From IMG/VR virus record IMGVR_UViG_3300017780_005043: DNA of 64,000 nucleotides; one strand, 5' to 3'. The notes beneath the pieces are model-generated. The model had not been told where the DNA came from, did no database searches, and saw only the letters and a list, made by a program, of their open reading frames with translations. This document shows positions 18,601 through 29,050 of the stretch, piece by piece. This stretch comes from a virus. The position numbers and the translations under genes are program-made. Position 1 is the first letter of the stretch. Every line of letters starts with the position of its first letter.

Positions 18601-18668
18601 ACTATTATTTTTTATTGATTAATATAGCACTAAAGTAAAGTTAATACCTTGTTTTTGCAAACAAAAAA

Positions 18669-19169
18669 CTAACTTTTCATGTACTGCACTAATTCTTTGA
18701 AAGTAAATTCATAAACATAAGGTATCGTTATAGGTATTAAGTATAACTTAACCTTGAACTTCATTTCAATTTTAATCTTACTTTGCTCTGGACTTAAAAG
18801 AATATCAGCCCAATTCATTTTTAAAACTTTAAGAACCGTAGAAGGGTTAAATTTTATATTTACTCCCAACACCGAACTTGACTTAGGCTCAATAGCATTA
18901 GTTGAATAGTTCACCGCATCAGATACAAATTGGTTATTAATAAACACTTTATACTCTTGCTCTGTAATATCGAATTTTAGCTTAGATGGGTTATTGAACA
19001 TCAAGAAAACATCTAACACCACTTCGTTCAATGAAACTTTCTTTACCTTCATGTTTTTGAAGCCTAAAGTGTATTCCATTAATTTCTTGTATTGCATATA
19101 TATAAAAGCACCCGTTAAAGTAACGAGCGCAATTGAACCTGCAACAATATGTTTCTTTTGAATCTTCAT
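18669..19169 (-). CDS. N-terminally membrane-anchored protein
   Basis: TM at residues 8-24; the following domain is faintly LEA_2-like. Confidence 0.4.
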   Translation of the reverse strand: MKIQKKHIVAGSIALVTLTGAFIYMQYKKLMEYTLGFKNMKVKKVSLNEVVLDVFLMFNNPSKLKFDITEQEYKVFINNQFVSDAVNYSTNAIEPKSSSVLGVNIKFNPSTVLKVLKMNWADILLSPEQSKIKIEMKFKVKLYLIPITIPYVYEFTFKELVQYMKS

Positions 19170-19642
19170 TATTTACGTTTCTTCATTTTGTAAACTACTA
19201 ATCCAACACCTACTACTAAGGCAACAATACCTACTGCAATACCGATTTTAACTCCCTTACTCATTGGTTTTTTACTTCCTTTGGTTGGAGCAGGCGTAGC
19301 TAATGCTTTTGCCATTGCAATATCACCCTTAGCCCCTTCCTTAGCCATTGTTGTTTTAGCTTTTTGTTCTTCTAATTTCGCTTGTGCCTTTAAAATTCTT
19401 GCTTCATCTTTTGATTTTCTTTTAGAATTTTTTCTTGCTCTTCTAGCACGACGAGCATCACCAATAGCATTAGAGAACTCACTTTCTAAATCTTCACCAT
19501 CAATGTTAGATAAAAAATCATCTTCAGGCGAAAACTCATCATAGTTAGCACCTATGTTTTGGTTTCCTTCCGTAGCTACATAGTTCACTAATCCACTTGC
19601 TGAACTTTGAAACTCTATGGGCTTTTGTGTTATTACTTTCAT
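19169..19642 (-). CDS. tail-anchored membrane protein, MKVIT family
   Basis: Starts MKVITQKPIEF, has a basic/Ala-rich middle and a C-terminal TM IGIAVGIVALVVGVGLVVY followed by KMKKRK. Confidence 0.45.
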   Translation of the reverse strand: MKVITQKPIEFQSSASGLVNYVATEGNQNIGANYDEFSPEDDFLSNIDGEDLESEFSNAIGDARRARRARKNSKRKSKDEARILKAQAKLEEQKAKTTMAKEGAKGDIAMAKALATPAPTKGSKKPMSKGVKIGIAVGIVALVVGVGLVVYKMKKRK

Positions 19643-19724
19643 AATCTTAATTTTTATTTATTTTTCTTAATTGCCGTATATAATACCCACGAAGCAACAG
19701 TTAAACTAGCGAGTAACACTATTG

Positions 19725-20291
19725 TCAACAAGGGTTTTTTTTTACTTCGTCGGTAGCTTTTTTTGCTACCGTTACAACATCTTCAAATTTATCAGATATA
19801 CTATCCTTTAAACTTCTATAGACATCCGTAACTACTTTTGCGTAATTGGGGTCTGTTGCATATCCTGCTTTTTTAAGTGCAGCAGCTTGCTCTTCTACTG
19901 TTTTAGCATTAAAAACCCCTGCATCTCTGTATCTTTTATTATTAAGCAAAAAGTTTACATAATCCTTCATGCTGTCTTTTACAGAATCATATTTTCTAAA
20001 ATCATCTTTCACAAAGGTATCTTTCCCTCCATAAACCTCTCTCGTTTTTATATTGTATCTTGCGCCATTCCATCCTTTATCGGCTTTTATACCAAAAAAA
20101 TTGTTTGCTTCCTGCGCTAATCTACTACCACCAACCTTCCATTCTTTATTAGTGTTGTAATTACCAGAACTTTCAAGCACGGCTTGTGAAAATAATGTGC
20201 CTGCAAAAATGCCAGTTCCTTTAGTAATTGTATTTACATAAGGACTAAATACTTCCACAAACTCTTTTCTTGTATATGTTTTTGCTGCCAT
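19725..20291 (-). CDS. glucosaminidase (GH73, mannosyl-glycoprotein endo-beta-N-acetylglucosaminidase) peptidoglycan hydrolase
   Basis: LFSQAVLESSGNYN...SRLAQEANNFFGIK...Y...F..Y matches the glucosaminidase (PF01832) catalytic region. Confidence 0.7.
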   Translation of the reverse strand: MAAKTYTRKEFVEVFSPYVNTITKGTGIFAGTLFSQAVLESSGNYNTNKEWKVGGSRLAQEANNFFGIKADKGWNGARYNIKTREVYGGKDTFVKDDFRKYDSVKDSMKDYVNFLLNNKRYRDAGVFNAKTVEEQAAALKKAGYATDPNYAKVVTDVYRSLKDSISDKFEDVVTVAKKATDEVKKNPC

Positions 20292-20299
20292 AGTTAAAT

Positions 20300-20965
20300 T
20301 TATTTTACGTTCACATAGTAATCCTTAACCCAAGCATCAGAGAAATTCTTACTTATATCGTATGGAGCAGCGTTATTTCTAGTAACCATTGTAGGCATAT
20401 TTAATCTTACTTTATACCATCCGTCAACATAATCAATAACTTGACCTAGTTTAACTTTAGGATATTGTAGAAACCCTATAATATTGTTGTCAATTTCTTT
20501 TGCAGAACTTCTTAATTTCAAAAACTTAACGTCTTGGGTAGTAGCCACTCTACCAATAGCTTCTTTGCCTTTGTAAAGAGGAACATAAACAGAACCTCCT
20601 TTAGTATAAGTTTTACCTTTATAATTAAAAGTTGTTGCGTTTGAAGTGTTAGCCTTCCAAAGAGCAATTTTAAATCCATCATCAAAACTCAACATAGGCG
20701 AATTTTCTCCCTTTGCAGTCCTAATCCAAATGTTAGCCATATCTAGTTCACTAGCACCTTTCGCTTTTGCAACTTCAACGGCAGCATTTGCTTTAGCCTC
20801 TTCAGCTAATTTTTGACCTTCACTTTTAGCAGCATCTAAATCGGCTTGTATCTTAGCATCTTTTTCAAGTTTCTTTTTCTTCATATATGTATAAAGAAAA
20901 TATCCACCTACGCCTAAAATTACAAGTGAGCTAACAACTATCAATGCTTTTTTATTACTCTTCAT
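20300..20965 (-). CDS. N-terminally membrane-anchored protein
   Basis: TM at residues 8-26, an Ala/Lys-rich coiled region and a beta-rich C-terminal domain (DGWYKV). Confidence 0.4.
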   Translation of the reverse strand: MKSNKKALIVVSSLVILGVGGYFLYTYMKKKKLEKDAKIQADLDAAKSEGQKLAEEAKANAAVEVAKAKGASELDMANIWIRTAKGENSPMLSFDDGFKIALWKANTSNATTFNYKGKTYTKGGSVYVPLYKGKEAIGRVATTQDVKFLKLRSSAKEIDNNIIGFLQYPKVKLGQVIDYVDGWYKVRLNMPTMVTRNNAAPYDISKNFSDAWVKDYYVNVK

Positions 20966-21090
20966 ATTGAGAACTTATAATATTTTAAAAAAAATGCAAA
21001 TAACTTCATGCTTCAAAAAAGAAAACGACTTATCGCAGTTACTTCTCCACACGCTTTACTTCCCCGATTTGCAGAGGTAGTTAGTGTACA

Positions 21091-21309
21091 CTACTTCTTA
21101 ACAGTGGTTGCCGTAACAGCACCTTTTTTTGCTTTGTAAGCAGCCTGTGCCAAAGCACCTGCAAGACCACCAGCAATAGTAGCTCCGATAAGAACAAACT
21201 TGTTACCACCTTTGTAGAATTTTTTTGTAGCCATGTATGCTACGCCTGCACCTGCAACTAATCCTAGTGGATTTGCAGTGATTTTTGAAACTTGTTTTTT
21301 GATGTCCAT
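21091..21309 (-). CDS. small Gly/Ala-rich membrane protein
   Basis: 72 aa with two hydrophobic helices. Confidence 0.4.
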   Translation of the reverse strand: MDIKKQVSKITANPLGLVAGAGVAYMATKKFYKGGNKFVLIGATIAGGLAGALAQAAYKAKKGAVTATTVKK

Positions 21310-21350
21310 GATGTTAAAATTTAACGGTTAATAAATAGTCTTTAATATTT

Positions 21351-21914
21351 TTATAAACTAGCTCCTTTTGTACTCAAATAATCTGAAAGTGCATTTGCCC
21401 ACGTATCACCTCCGTAATACGTTTTATTAAATGAACCTACTTTAAATGAAGTGGGTGTTATAAGCCTAGTATCTAATTGTTCTTTTAATAGTTCTGGTAA
21501 ACTGTATTTAGTTTTAGAAAGTCCTAAACTGAAAGCATCGGAAATATCTCTTTGTCCAAACGACTTAACTAATTGCGCCCAATCTAATTTATTTCTCACC
21601 GCAGTAGCCACCGAATGAGCAACTCTATATTCACTTAAAGGGGTTTCTGCTCCCTCCAATAAATTAGCGACTTGGTTTGAAACACTAGCGTAATAAGAAG
21701 GAGGAAAACTTAATTTTAAGCCTTCTTTTTCATATTGTTTTATTTCATCAGTAACAGCATCAGTAACAGCCTTGATAGGCTTGTCCTCTTTTACATCCTT
21801 AGATTTTTTGTATATTACATATACAAGACCTCCAATAGCGGCAACAACCGAAACAGCTAAAACTCCTTTAGCCCAACTTGGTAATCCTGTATAGTATGTA
21901 GATGCCTTCCCCAT
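21351..21914 (-). CDS. N-terminally membrane-anchored protein
   Basis: TM at residues 13-33. Confidence 0.4.
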   Translation of the reverse strand: MGKASTYYTGLPSWAKGVLAVSVVAAIGGLVYVIYKKSKDVKEDKPIKAVTDAVTDEIKQYEKEGLKLSFPPSYYASVSNQVANLLEGAETPLSEYRVAHSVATAVRNKLDWAQLVKSFGQRDISDAFSLGLSKTKYSLPELLKEQLDTRLITPTSFKVGSFNKTYYGGDTWANALSDYLSTKGASL

Positions 21915-22022
21915 ATAATAAAAATATGGGGTAAAAATACAAAAAATGAAAATAAGGTTTGTTTATTTATCGTCTATGAACTTTTATAGATTTTAGCCTC
22001 TTTGGACAAATAAATTTATTGA

Positions 22023-22433
22023 TTAATTTACACCAACAGTAGTGTTTTCAATAATTTTTTTAAGAACATGAAACGAAGATAATAAACCTGCTCTATCGTC
22101 TAACAATAAATTATAATATAACCTTCCACTTTTAGGGGTAAAATATGGATTATTTTTGTTTATAGAATCAAATGGAATTTCTTTTTTATCCAAATACTCT
22201 GAAGCTAATTGCTCTGAATGTTCATCACTAATACAGATAAGGTACATTCCTCTACTTTTGCACTCTCTCAATAAATCAATAATCTCACTAAAGTCATACC
22301 CTTTTTTATGAATATCATAAATTGTATTATCGAAATTAAAGGCGATAATTAGCCTACGATTATACATTTTGTATTCACTAAATAGTCTTTCATAGCATAC
22401 ATCATCATTTAGGTATGGATGATTATAGTTCAT
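22023..22433 (-). CDS. hypothetical protein
   Basis: 136-aa ORF; a weak HAD-like DxD (FDNTIYD) is not convincing. Confidence 0.35.
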   Translation of the reverse strand: MNYNHPYLNDDVCYERLFSEYKMYNRRLIIAFNFDNTIYDIHKKGYDFSEIIDLLRECKSRGMYLICISDEHSEQLASEYLDKKEIPFDSINKNNPYFTPKSGRLYYNLLLDDRAGLLSSFHVLKKIIENTTVGVN

Positions 22434-23239
22434 TATACCATAAATCTTTCTATCCGTAATTGCTCACAGTAGATAGTTCCCGAAAAAACACCAGTATCTT
22501 TTGCTTGTGCCGATATGTTAAATGGCGAAGAAAAATCAAATGAAGTTAGCCTAGAGTAGAAGTAGTATGAAGAACCCCCTTGCGTTGAGTAATTTGTTCC
22601 GAATAGATAAAATGTCATAGATACAAATGCCGTAGTGTTAGAAGTCCTAGTAAATTCAACATCTAATAAACAACTAGAAACACCCATAGTAAGCGTAGCG
22701 TTTACTATCGAGTTGTCGTATGCAGGTTGACCGTCAATAAATATCATTGGATATACATCAGGTGCGCTTGAAGATGACTGTTTATCAATGATGGTTCTAA
22801 TATTTAACTTATCACCGTTTTGCACTAAAGTATTAGCAGGGACAGTAAATGATTTATTTGAGAATGTTTGGTAACTAGCCGTTGTTGTAAAGCTATCTTC
22901 CGTTGTATTATTAAACAAAACAATGTTTCCTTTTATAAAATTGGTATCATTATTATTATCTAACAATAAAAATCTGTTTGATGAACTATACATTAAAATA
23001 TACCAACCGCTATCAAGAATTTGCCCTATTGCTAAAGGCGCACCAGTGTTTGTTGTTATTGTTACTGCACCCAATCCATTTAAGTTTAATGTGGGGGTAG
23101 CTGTTGTATTGGTTATTGGCGCACGAACTAAATACAATCCATTATTTACATAAGATGGAATATTTATAGGCAAAGTACCTACAAAATTATCACCGCTATT
23201 AGTTAAAGTGCAAGCACCTTGTATTATGTTATAGTCCAT
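22433..23239 (-). CDS. Thr/Ser/Asn-rich virion protein
   Basis: Composition typical of fibre/vertex proteins; ATGA overlap with the downstream gene. Confidence 0.45.
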   Translation of the reverse strand: MDYNIIQGACTLTNSGDNFVGTLPINIPSYVNNGLYLVRAPITNTTATPTLNLNGLGAVTITTNTGAPLAIGQILDSGWYILMYSSSNRFLLLDNNNDTNFIKGNIVLFNNTTEDSFTTTASYQTFSNKSFTVPANTLVQNGDKLNIRTIIDKQSSSSAPDVYPMIFIDGQPAYDNSIVNATLTMGVSSCLLDVEFTRTSNTTAFVSMTFYLFGTNYSTQGGSSYYFYSRLTSFDFSSPFNISAQAKDTGVFSGTIYCEQLRIERFMV

Positions 23240-23242
23240 GCC

Positions 23243-24604
23243 TTAAATAGTTACTCCATTATTAAATTTCACATTAGAATCAATCAATATGTTTCCTACA
23301 TTCATGCTGCTTAAAGGATTAGTTAAACTGTAATTTCTATTAGAATAAGCACCATAAGAATATACTTTTATAGCACCTCTATCGCTAACTGAATAGTAAT
23401 CATTGATACATCCTCTGGTAGATGAATACGCTGCATTTGAGTAAATTATAGTATTAATAAGTGTCAAATCACAATAGCCCCTAGAGTTTGAAGTCCCTGA
23501 AGATTGATTAGGACATTCAATAGCAGCTCTCGCTGTTGACCAACTACCCACTTCGCAATTAACTAAAGTTATTTTACAATAAGAAGTTTGTAAATTAGTT
23601 CCCAATTCACCATTATAAATTTCAATAACACTATTGGCACTACCGCTTTGTAGCGTAAATATTTTAGCATTTCTTATCTCCAAAACAGGAGGCTGACTAA
23701 AGGTATTGTTGGTAGCTAAATTAATACATTGCCTAAGCGTATCGCTTGGAATATTCATAGCTATCGTATTAGCTATAACGAGAACATTACTTGTCCGCAT
23801 TAAGATAGCTTCGTAAAGTTCACCGTACAAAGTATTGCAATTAAGCACTAAATATAAATTATCACCTCTGGTTTCTAAGGATGCTGTATTAGCAAAAGAA
23901 TTATATATTATAGCACTTCCATAAATCACACAGTTAGGCACTCCATTAGTTGTAGCAGTATATGAAATTTGCGGAGCGTAAATTGTTGGCGTTCCTGCAA
24001 TTCCGCTTATAACACTATTCCCTAAATCATAGTCTATAAAGTCATCAATGTATATTGATTCTTGATAGTAGCCACTCTCAACAACTATCCTTACTCTCGC
24101 ATCTTGTGTTCGTGAAGTGAAATAAGCTAAAGCAGCAGTTCTAGCAGCACCAATAGTTAAAAACGGCTTATCAAACCTTTGTACTAAGCCTGTGGAATCA
24201 CTTCCGTTTTTCATTACATAAACCGTGTTGTAAACCACTACCTCTGTTAAAGAGTTTATACTTGCTTTTTGAGCATCGGCTGTAATGTACGAACTATTTG
24301 ATGAAACAGATATAACTACTCTATCTCCTGAAGTTGATATAACCTTTGTTGCAGCGTTATCAATAGTTTGCCCTGTGCCTGCGTTGATAGTAATATTGTT
24401 TGTAGCAGCGTTATTACCGCTATCTACAATGTATATCTTATATTGAGTACTCCAATAATCATCAGGTATTGTAAGTAAATTAATTATAACAGCACCTACA
24501 CTAGTATCACAATTTAAAACAACATCGTTTTCCTTAACGGTGATTGTTCCCGTTACGGTTCGGTGATTGTTTTGATATTTCATTGATGGTAATGTAGTTG
24601 CCAT
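23243..24604 (-). CDS. spike-like protein with probable beta-helix repeats
   Basis: 453 aa, Thr/Ser/Asn/Gly-rich, with recurring short [ILV]xNxx[ILV] segments. Confidence 0.4.
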   Translation of the reverse strand: MATTLPSMKYQNNHRTVTGTITVKENDVVLNCDTSVGAVIINLLTIPDDYWSTQYKIYIVDSGNNAATNNITINAGTGQTIDNAATKVISTSGDRVVISVSSNSSYITADAQKASINSLTEVVVYNTVYVMKNGSDSTGLVQRFDKPFLTIGAARTAALAYFTSRTQDARVRIVVESGYYQESIYIDDFIDYDLGNSVISGIAGTPTIYAPQISYTATTNGVPNCVIYGSAIIYNSFANTASLETRGDNLYLVLNCNTLYGELYEAILMRTSNVLVIANTIAMNIPSDTLRQCINLATNNTFSQPPVLEIRNAKIFTLQSGSANSVIEIYNGELGTNLQTSYCKITLVNCEVGSWSTARAAIECPNQSSGTSNSRGYCDLTLINTIIYSNAAYSSTRGCINDYYSVSDRGAIKVYSYGAYSNRNYSLTNPLSSMNVGNILIDSNVKFNNGVTI

Positions 24605-24614
24605 TTATTAAATC

Positions 24615-25781
24615 TTATAGTAATACTTTGCTTTTGTCTGCCTCTTCGTAAAAGAATTTCTTTAATACGACTTGCTCGTAGTAAAATGCTAAAGAGGCAC
24701 TGTTACCAGCAAGAACGGTATATCTTATAGCGTGCATACCATCGGGAATAAATGGAGCGTTTAACTGTTCAAATAAATTAAAGCAAACTTGATTAGATTG
24801 AGTTTGATATATATCTAACATCAATTGTGGCTGAACGGGGTCTATTTTCAATTCACCCGTAATAGCCTTGTTTCTAAAAAATAACGCTTCACTTAATTGC
24901 CTGCTAATAGTAGCACCATTAAATTGAAATTGTGCATTTACGATATGCGTAGGGTTAGCCAATATATAAGCCAAAACCTCTGAATATGCAACTTGCGAAC
25001 CACTAACAGAAACTTTGTCATCTAAGTTCAATGAATTACTATATAGGTAGTTCAATGGGTCTGTTGGATTGAATAGTTCTAATGTGAAATCAACCTCACT
25101 ATCTGTATTATCTATAAGCAAAACAAGCTCCTTCAATCTTTTTCCTTTATGCCAACAAATGCTTTTAACTGAATCAGCAGCACGTTCTTTAGATAGCATA
25201 AACTTATCTACGCCCTCTATGATTATTTCTTTGTCCGTAGGAATTATTATTCTCTTCGTTTTACCTTGTCCATTAATTCTAGCGGAATAATCTACGGGAA
25301 CATCAATAGAATCCCTCATATTTCTTCTTCTATTGTTACGAGAAGAATTTACGTGTTGTTTTGTATGTATTTTTTTATGACCTCTCTTAGCGAACTTTTG
25401 AGCATCGGTAAGCATCGGTTTTCTACCCTCTATAATAACCTTCCTATCGTTAGGAATTATTACTTTGTGCTTATCCTTTTTTACTCTTTTAGTTACTTTT
25501 TTAAGAGAAGATTTGAAATCACCTCTAAACTCCGAAAAGTCTATATCGTTCACTAAATCTTGGAAACTATATTCACTGGCATTATCTGCCTCATCTTCAT
25601 CTAATCCATTGAAGTCATTATAATCGTAATTCAAGTCAACAAAATCAATGTTACCGTCTGCATTACTTCTAAATTCTTCTTTAGGTTCTATAAATGGTTT
25701 TGTGCCTTCGTTGCCTGTGATATAATCACGCAGCTCTTGCATCGCTTCCCCCTCCGATAATATGTTTCTTTTTTTTGCCAT
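24615..25781 (-). CDS. virion protein with an internal repeat
   Basis: Repeats HKVIIPNDRKVIIEGRKPML and KRIIIPTDKEIIIEGVDKFML, followed by a beta-rich C-terminal half of about 200 aa. Confidence 0.4.
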   Translation of the reverse strand: MAKKRNILSEGEAMQELRDYITGNEGTKPFIEPKEEFRSNADGNIDFVDLNYDYNDFNGLDEDEADNASEYSFQDLVNDIDFSEFRGDFKSSLKKVTKRVKKDKHKVIIPNDRKVIIEGRKPMLTDAQKFAKRGHKKIHTKQHVNSSRNNRRRNMRDSIDVPVDYSARINGQGKTKRIIIPTDKEIIIEGVDKFMLSKERAADSVKSICWHKGKRLKELVLLIDNTDSEVDFTLELFNPTDPLNYLYSNSLNLDDKVSVSGSQVAYSEVLAYILANPTHIVNAQFQFNGATISRQLSEALFFRNKAITGELKIDPVQPQLMLDIYQTQSNQVCFNLFEQLNAPFIPDGMHAIRYTVLAGNSASLAFYYEQVVLKKFFYEEADKSKVLL

Positions 25782-25816
25782 AATGCTAGAAACAAAGATA
25801 ATAAAAAAAACGAAAA

Positions 25817-26614
25817 TTACTTTAAGATTTGTGCAAATTGTCCTTGCTCAAATCTATAAATATAATCTCTAATTTTTCTCATTCTCATTATGTTTTGGTC
25901 GCTTTGTGTTTTTAAAAAAACTTGTGCATAAACATAGATAGCATCAATCTTAGAGAATCCATTACCTAAATAGTAATACAATGAATTGATGTCAGCCCCA
26001 AACTCATCGCTGATATTCAGTTTTATTTTTGGGTTTTTATATTTGTGTGAATACTCATGCAATAAGATACATAGCCTTGCAGGAATAGTATAAGTATTAA
26101 AGTGTTTAGCACTAACATCTATCCTCCCTGTTTTGTGACCAATACGAGAAGGCGTGTTCAATACAGAACCACTCGTTACATCTCTAATTATAGGTACATA
26201 GTTAATAGTGAATCTTCCACAATCTGATTTATAAACATTTCCTTGTGCTGTTGGTTGATTTTTAGCAAATCCAGAAGTTTGACAAAAGTTTAAAGCAAAC
26301 TGTAAAAAGCATAAAGTTTCTTCATCTTGCCAAATATTGTACATTTTGAGAGGTGATTCAGCAAACTTAATGTCATAATAATCTTGACTAGGAGAGTTAA
26401 GATTATAAGTCTTTACAATCACGGCTTTTGGAGAAACAGGAAAAGATAAAAAAATATCTTTGTTCCCAACAACTTCTACCACCCTATCGCAGTATTTGCT
26501 ATTAGGCTTATCCGATTCCTCCGCTATAATCCTAATCTTTTGCTTACCATCGCATTTGATGTTAGCACTAAGGCAAGTTTTATTGTTGTTTGATTCCCAA
26601 AAAAAACTTTTCAT
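25817..26614 (-). CDS. hypothetical protein with an HExxH motif (putative zinc metallopeptidase)
   Basis: LLHEYSHKY motif; the metallopeptidase call rests only on HExxH. Confidence 0.3.
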   Translation of the reverse strand: MKSFFWESNNNKTCLSANIKCDGKQKIRIIAEESDKPNSKYCDRVVEVVGNKDIFLSFPVSPKAVIVKTYNLNSPSQDYYDIKFAESPLKMYNIWQDEETLCFLQFALNFCQTSGFAKNQPTAQGNVYKSDCGRFTINYVPIIRDVTSGSVLNTPSRIGHKTGRIDVSAKHFNTYTIPARLCILLHEYSHKYKNPKIKLNISDEFGADINSLYYYLGNGFSKIDAIYVYAQVFLKTQSDQNIMRMRKIRDYIYRFEQGQFAQILK

Positions 26615-27015
26615 TATTTTCTTTTTGTTACTTTATAAATCACAAATCCCAATACGGCAGCTATACCTACACCAATAGCTACTTTCACCCCCGTACTCAT
26701 AGGCTTATTTTCTGCTACGGTTACGGTAGTAGTTGTATTGTCAGCAGCTAATCCGCTAGGCGTTGGTTTTTTAACACCGTATTTATCAGCAAGTATTTGT
26801 TGACCAATATTTAAAGCACCACTATCTTTTAAAAAAGTACCGAACTTCAAAGCGTTTTCTTTAGCCTTTGTCCAATCAATTTTTCTCTTAGTTGTATCTT
26901 GTTTTTGTGATGCTAAAACTTGTTTAGCCGTGCTATCTGGACCTTCTGTATTATAATAGTAATCTCCATTAGCACTTGAATAAATAACATCTCTATTTGT
27001 TGTAATTACTTTCAT
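26614..27015 (-). CDS. tail-anchored membrane protein, MKVITTNR family
   Basis: Likely true start at internal ATG 27015 (MKVITTNRDVIYSSA). C-terminal TM VKVAIGVGIAAVLGFVIY followed by KVTKRK. Confidence 0.45.
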   Translation of the reverse strand: MKVITTNRDVIYSSANGDYYYNTEGPDSTAKQVLASQKQDTTKRKIDWTKAKENALKFGTFLKDSGALNIGQQILADKYGVKKPTPSGLAADNTTTTVTVAENKPMSTGVKVAIGVGIAAVLGFVIYKVTKRK

Positions 27016-27019
27016 AATT

Positions 27020-27565
27020 TTATTTTTTACGTTTTGAAATTGCAATTATTATTGCCCCTAATGCTATTAATCCGCCACCAATTAAAGCTATCTTAATCAT
27101 CTTTTTCTTTTTAGCAGCCTTCGCATCTTCAGGAGGTTTAGTAGCACTAACGGGAGGATTAGTTTCATCTTTAGTTAAAAGTCCTGTCATAGTATCTAAC
27201 ATACCTCCGATACCTTTGTTTTTAGGCTCATCTTTTTTAGGAAAAGGATTTTTAATTTTAGGAGGAGGGTTGCTCTTAGGAGCTGCTTTCATTCTATCCT
27301 CTAACATTTTTTCAAACTCTTCTCCAAACTTTTTGTAAGCATTAGTAGTTTTCTCGTCTTTCGCCCCGTCAGTCCTTAATCCACCAGCACCAAAAACACC
27401 TTTTTCTAAAACTACGTTTCTATCCAACTTATTCACGTTGTACCATCTTTGAAACATTGCTCTTTTTTCTTCAGCACTAAAATTTGATGTCAATTCTCCA
27501 TCAGCACCCGAACAACCGCAAGCGTTTGAATAAATGATTTCTCTATTTGTTGTAATTACTTTCAT
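27020..27565 (-). CDS. tail-anchored membrane protein, MKVITTNR family
   Basis: Starts MKVITTNREIIYSNA. C-terminal TM IKIALIGGGLIALGAIIIAI followed by SKRKK. Its first 26 nt are identical to those of the 27015 start. Confidence 0.45.
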   Translation of the reverse strand: MKVITTNREIIYSNACGCSGADGELTSNFSAEEKRAMFQRWYNVNKLDRNVVLEKGVFGAGGLRTDGAKDEKTTNAYKKFGEEFEKMLEDRMKAAPKSNPPPKIKNPFPKKDEPKNKGIGGMLDTMTGLLTKDETNPPVSATKPPEDAKAAKKKKMIKIALIGGGLIALGAIIIAISKRKK

Positions 27566-27580
27566 AGTTTTAAATTTTAA

Positions 27581-28066
27581 TTATTTTTTCACTTTAGCAC
27601 CTTTGAATCTGTACATTGCGTAGAAAGCTAAAGCAGCACCTACACCTGCACCAATTAATTTGTTTTTATGGCTTGGCGTTTTTAACCACCCTTTTTTCTC
27701 GGCAAAATAAACACCTAAAGCACCGATAACACCGCCCACTAAAATAGCATCCATGTATCTTACTTTGTTGTTTTTTACATCTACACTAATTGGAGCGAGA
27801 GTCTTTTGCTCTACCGAACCACCACTAGCATTAGAGTTTAGTTCAGTCAACTTAACCTCTTTCAAATATTCAGCAGGCACAACAATAGCTGCACCTTCAG
27901 GATTTTTCAATAAAAGGAAAGCAGGTCTGCCGTTTGCGCTTTTTAAAACACCTTTAAGAACTTCGCCTTTTTTAATTCTTTTTGTTTTTTGAATAATAGG
28001 ATTTACCGCCCTTCCTGTACTAAGTACATAAGGCACACTAAAATCACAAGTAGCTACATATTGCAT
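27581..28066 (-). CDS. membrane protein with two C-terminal TM segments
   Basis: ILVGGVIGALGVYFA and LIGAGVGAALAFYAMY. Confidence 0.4.
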   Translation of the reverse strand: MQYVATCDFSVPYVLSTGRAVNPIIQKTKRIKKGEVLKGVLKSANGRPAFLLLKNPEGAAIVVPAEYLKEVKLTELNSNASGGSVEQKTLAPISVDVKNNKVRYMDAILVGGVIGALGVYFAEKKGWLKTPSHKNKLIGAGVGAALAFYAMYRFKGAKVKK

Positions 28067-28193
28067 AGTAGATTATTTATTAATAGTTACTTTTTTTTGT
28101 TTATTTCTAATTTTTTTGTATTCCATGAAAGCATATACACCGATACCTATAACGGCAGTGTAAATCAATATCTTTTTAAATTTGTCATCCATA

Positions 28194-28871
28194 TTACTTT
28201 CTCTTTTTTAAATAAATTACTAATCCTATTGTGCCAAGTAATAAAACAACCCCACCACCAATAAGCAAAGCAGTTCTAATATTTTTAGACTTTTGCTCTT
28301 TGCCCTTTGTCTTATTTTCTAAAGCAGCTTGCTTACTCGCTTGAATACCTTGTATCAATTGGTTACGTGCATCTCTTTGCTTATCAAAAGCCATTTGAGT
28401 ACCGTACTTTCTTTGCATCTTTAAGTCTTGCGAACCTTTTGTAATTGTACCAGCCGCTTGCCCTAATTGACCAACAGCCGTTGCAATAGCACTAACGGGG
28501 TCGCCTCCTGCATTTGAATAACCGCAAAAATAAGAACTCATTACCTTATGACAAGCCTTAACACCTACATCGCTTACCCCTTCAGTTCCATCAGCATTTA
28601 GAACTAAGTTTTTGTGATTTACAAATAAAGAAGCACCTAAGAGAAGTTCATCATTTTCGCTTGCATTTTTAACAAACTCATTTACTAACTCAATATCGCC
28701 TGCATCTTCATCTACTTCAACTTCTGCATTAGTTAAAACAGTGATAAAACCTTCTTTGTCGCTACCTATGGCTTTTCCAAGTTCTAGCATAACAACTTCA
28801 TTAGCTCTATTGGCATCTTTCGATTTAATAGAATCTATAAGGTTCGTATAAAAATCTTCATCTGTTTCCAT
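28194..28871 (-). CDS. tail-anchored membrane protein
   Basis: Acidic N-terminal domain; C-terminal TM TALLIGGGVVLLLGTIGLVIY followed by LKKRK. Confidence 0.4.
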   Translation of the reverse strand: METDEDFYTNLIDSIKSKDANRANEVVMLELGKAIGSDKEGFITVLTNAEVEVDEDAGDIELVNEFVKNASENDELLLGASLFVNHKNLVLNADGTEGVSDVGVKACHKVMSSYFCGYSNAGGDPVSAIATAVGQLGQAAGTITKGSQDLKMQRKYGTQMAFDKQRDARNQLIQGIQASKQAALENKTKGKEQKSKNIRTALLIGGGVVLLLGTIGLVIYLKKRK

Positions 28872-29050
28872 TACACTTGTTTTTTAAGTTTTGCTAACTC
28901 TAAAGTTTTTATTTCTTTATCTAACTTAACTACGTCAGCGTTCATCCTTCTCCATTTCTTGTTATCCAAGTAAACGATTACAGCCGTAACAGCAGATATA
29001 ACACCTACTATTACAGCTATTTTCTTTATTTCGCTTTCTGTAATTTTCAT
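28871..29050 (-). CDS. small membrane protein (59 aa)
   Basis: Hand-translated MKITESEIKKIAVIVGVISAVTAVIVYLDNKKW... TAATG overlaps at both ends (translational coupling). Confidence 0.3.
   Translation of the reverse strand: MKITESEIKKIAVIVGVISAVTAVIVYLDNKKWRRMNADVVKLDKEIKTLELAKLKKQV

Noticed and set aside
22023-22433. HAD-phosphatase call for the 136-aa ORF (FDNTIYD)
   Set aside because: The motif is D-N-T, not DxDx[TV], and the other HAD motifs are unclear.
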